Position numbers and translations under genes: made by a program | The notes under the pieces: generated by a model | The model's database searches: none | Told to the model about the DNA's origin: nothing | The model's input: the letters and a program-made list of their open reading frames with translations, nothing else | NCBI RefSeq assembly: GCF_006345805.1 | Contig: NW_021826964.1 | Span: 1-11,545, forward strand | Reading direction: 5' to 3' | DNA length: 11,545 bases | Source of the DNA: Octopus sinensis | Taxonomy: Eukaryota | Part shown: piece after piece, positions 10,161-11,545 of the stretch | How the letters are laid out: the number at the start of each line of letters is the position of its first letter | Position numbering within the stretch: position 1 is the stretch's first letter

Positions 10161-10283
10161 TTAAATTTAATTAGAGAATATGTTAACCAAGTGAGAGGAT
10201 GATTGCACCCTAAAGGTTCAATACCTAATATTGTTGTGGAATGAGATTCCTGCAGAACAATAGGTATATATATCAAGCATAGA

Positions 10284-10698
10284 TGTTGCATCCAGTTAAA
10301 AGAAGAAAAGAAAAAGGAGATTAGTATGTTATGAAGTATTTATTATTAACAAATTGATCATTTCTGCTTCTTACAGCCGTTTAAACACTCATTAAACAAT
10401 AATTTAATTACAAATGTGTACAATAAATTTGCATTTATGTGAAATTAACATATTTGCATAAGAGAGTCTGCTGAAATGAATTCATAGGTCCACATATAAC
10501 ATCCCAAGGTACATCGTTTTTATTCTGATGTGATTATGCTCATATCACGTAAATACAAATTGAATGTATAAATTTGTAATTAAATTATAGAGTATTAACT
10601 GAAACGGCTGTAAGAAGCGAAGATGACGCATCTGTTAACAATGAGTAATTATTAACTTCCTTATCTCCATTTTCTCTTTTTTTTAACTGGATACAAAG
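10284..10698. mobile_element. MITE-like/foldback element with ~165-bp inverted arms and ~80-bp spacer
   Basis: Arms ~10284-10453 and ~10533-10698 align at roughly 75% by hand. They contain two perfect 17-bp inverted blocks: gcttcttacagccgttt (10366-10382 / 10602-10618) and ataatttaattacaaat (10399-10415 / 10572-10588). The right end ...aactggatacaaag abuts (TA)9. Confidence 0.75.
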
Positions 10699-10716
10699 TA
10701 TATATATATATATATA

Positions 10717-10745
10717 CTTTGTATCCAGTTCAAAGGAAAAGAGAA
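10717..10745. mobile_element. Third, truncated copy of the same terminus (ctttgtatccagttcaaaggaaaagagaa) between two TA tracts
   Basis: Reverse complement of 10672-10698, with the first 14 nt perfect. Flanked by (TA)9 on the left and long (TA)n on the right. Confidence 0.7.
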
Positions 10746-10754
10746 TATATATAT

Positions 10755-10792
<38 letters not shown>

Positions 10793-10821
10793 GATATATA
10801 TATATAGATATATATATATAG
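10746..10821. repeat. (TA)n microsatellite with rare G/A interruptions
   Basis: Directly visible. Confidence 0.95.
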
Positions 10822-11545
10822 TACTATAAGAGATTAAGGGTAAGTTCCACTTCGGTCAAGAATAACCATGGGATTGTACCGAGATAGTTCCCTTCGGAGA
10901 CACAAGTTCGGGCAATGTTGTTTTACGAAGGACCAGCAGTCGTCCATGCTGCATATCGATAAATTGTTTGATAATGATCCATTTATCTTCGATTGGTAAT
11001 AGGAAGTTATATTGATACAAGCAACATAACACAGATTCAATGGCGATACTTAGAAGAGGCTATTTACTCCACAACGCATAAATGTCTTAAATTTTTGTTT
11101 AATACATAGACACTGATAAATCTATGGATATAAAGATATTTATGGCCAGGTATTGTAATTCCGATTGTACAGAATATAAATGTAAACGATAAACTCAGCA
11201 GCTGGTAAATAATAATAACGTCTAATTTAAGCACAGGGTCTGCTAGGCTTGTAAAGGATAATAATAGATTTCAAGTGCTGTTTGGAGAAAGCATATATTC
11301 TGTGGCATAAACCATAAAACAACAAAAAGAAGTGATGTTAGGGGAAATGAGGAAAATATATTTTTCATTATTTTCTATTTTTAAAACTTTGTTACATAAA
11401 TTAAAGCACATGTTCACAGAATACATAATTTTTCCTACCACCACTTAACACCGATAATTATGTTGTCTTAAGCAGATGTTCCAATTTTCTTATTAATAAT
11501 TATAATCTTCGTTAAATTTTAATTTGTAGTTATTGAAGAATAGAG

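Noticed and set aside
10047-10170. 9-bp inverted match aatttaata/tattaaatt flanking the 10059-10160 microsatellite
   Set aside because: Too short and AT-only to count as a third (TA)n-centred palindrome.
10830-11060. Complex sequence with donor-like AAGG|gtaagt and a 68-aa minus ORF
   Set aside because: There is no upstream exon or acceptor context (it abuts a TA tract) and no recognisable peptide in any frame.

Overview
AT-rich eukaryotic non-coding DNA (intronic or intergenic) dominated by (TA)n/(CA)n/(TG)n and trinucleotide microsatellites. It carries copies of three tRNA-type SINE families whose sequences I recall from Octopus (coleoid cephalopod) genomes; this taxon call is from memory, not a search. 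No protein-coding gene can be supported: most ORFs in the track are microsatellite translation artefacts and the rest match no protein I recognise. Structure visible directly in the sequence: a full-length SINE with a perfect 12-bp target-site duplication (3208-3589); a ~415-bp MITE-like element with ~165-bp inverted arms ending at a (TA)n tract (10284-10698); two palindromes with unrelated arms, each centred on a (TA)n tract (112-244 and 10672-10745); and an antisense SINE tail with a full set of splice signals around a 39-nt candidate exon (5580-5618, minus). I found no convincing new gene system. The best leads are the (TA)n-centred foldback or MITE biology and the possible SINE exonisation.
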